Positions 63,577-64,000 of a DNA stretch of 64,000 nucleotides are shown here, one piece after another. Origin of the DNA: Camelus ferus (taxonomy: Eukaryota); NCBI RefSeq assembly GCF_009834535.1, contig NC_045707.1, positions 56,174,001-56,238,000 on the forward strand, read 5' to 3'. Every line of letters starts with the position of its first letter. The stretch's first letter is position 1. Below the pieces are notes generated by a model. It saw only the letters and a list, made by a program, of their open reading frames with translations. It was not told the DNA's origin and ran no database searches. A program made the position numbers and the translations under genes.

Positions 63577-64000
63577 TAAGAAAGAAAAAGGCAGCCCCTG
63601 ACATCACCGACAGATAGGCTTCAGTGTTGTTTGAAGCTAGCAAGGCACTCACAGCTGGACCATATTGTTCTTGTGCTGGAAATAAACAATCTCACAGAAC
63701 ACCGACATCAAACAAGTTCACTCTGAAACCATCCTAAAATTAGTCTAAATAAGACCACTTCATAATTTTCTCTAAGCACAGACAAAAACAAGGTCACTGC
63801 ACAAACACCACAAAATACCAGTCTCTCTTCTGCTTAATGAGACTGGTTACTGTTTCTTTACTGATTACAGCTTTTGCCTCATTCTAGTCTACCTTTCCTC
63901 TAGGTAAGATTGAGATAATCATAGACTGGTCCTGACTTTCTGACAGCACCCAATCCAGAGCAAAGTCTCACTTCTTGGATTCTCCCCCAAAGCATCCAAA
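63577..64000 (+). mobile_element. ERV1 LTR, MER90/MER110-like, runs off the window end
   Basis: 'gaaagaaaaaggcagcccctgacatc...gcactcacagct...aaacaatctcacagaacaccgacatcaaacaag...agacaaaaacaaggtcact'. Confidence 0.75.

Noticed and set aside
1..64000. CRISPR array, operon or other prokaryotic system
   Set aside because: The sequence is mammalian and repeat-rich, with no regularly spaced repeats and no gene-dense region.

Overview
AT-rich, CpG-depleted mammalian genomic DNA, most likely camelid (inferred from a tRNA-derived SINE at 24440-24530 and the form of the young L1 3' tails). I could not identify any intact protein-coding gene. The window is intergenic or deep-intronic. The only clearly gene-derived sequence is a processed RPL35 pseudogene (20809-21236). 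Much of the rest is transposable-element debris: a 3.4 kb 5'-truncated L1 ORF2, younger L1 3' ends (two with 5' inversions and target-site duplications), solo LTRs of the MaLR, ERVL and ERV1 classes, L2, MIR, and hAT/Tigger MITEs. I found no convincing novel biological system. The best second-look items are: an RPL35 retrocopy with a chimeric splice-acceptor-like site leading into an open frame; a ~160 bp twin-primed L1; a three-layer L2>L1>L1 nest; a 64 bp local duplication; a ~3 kb highly decayed LTR-retroelement-like block with possible gag remnants; and several repeat-poor, motif-rich stretches that may be enhancers. Repeat family names come from my recall of consensus sequences, not a database search, and most boundaries of old repeats are approximate.
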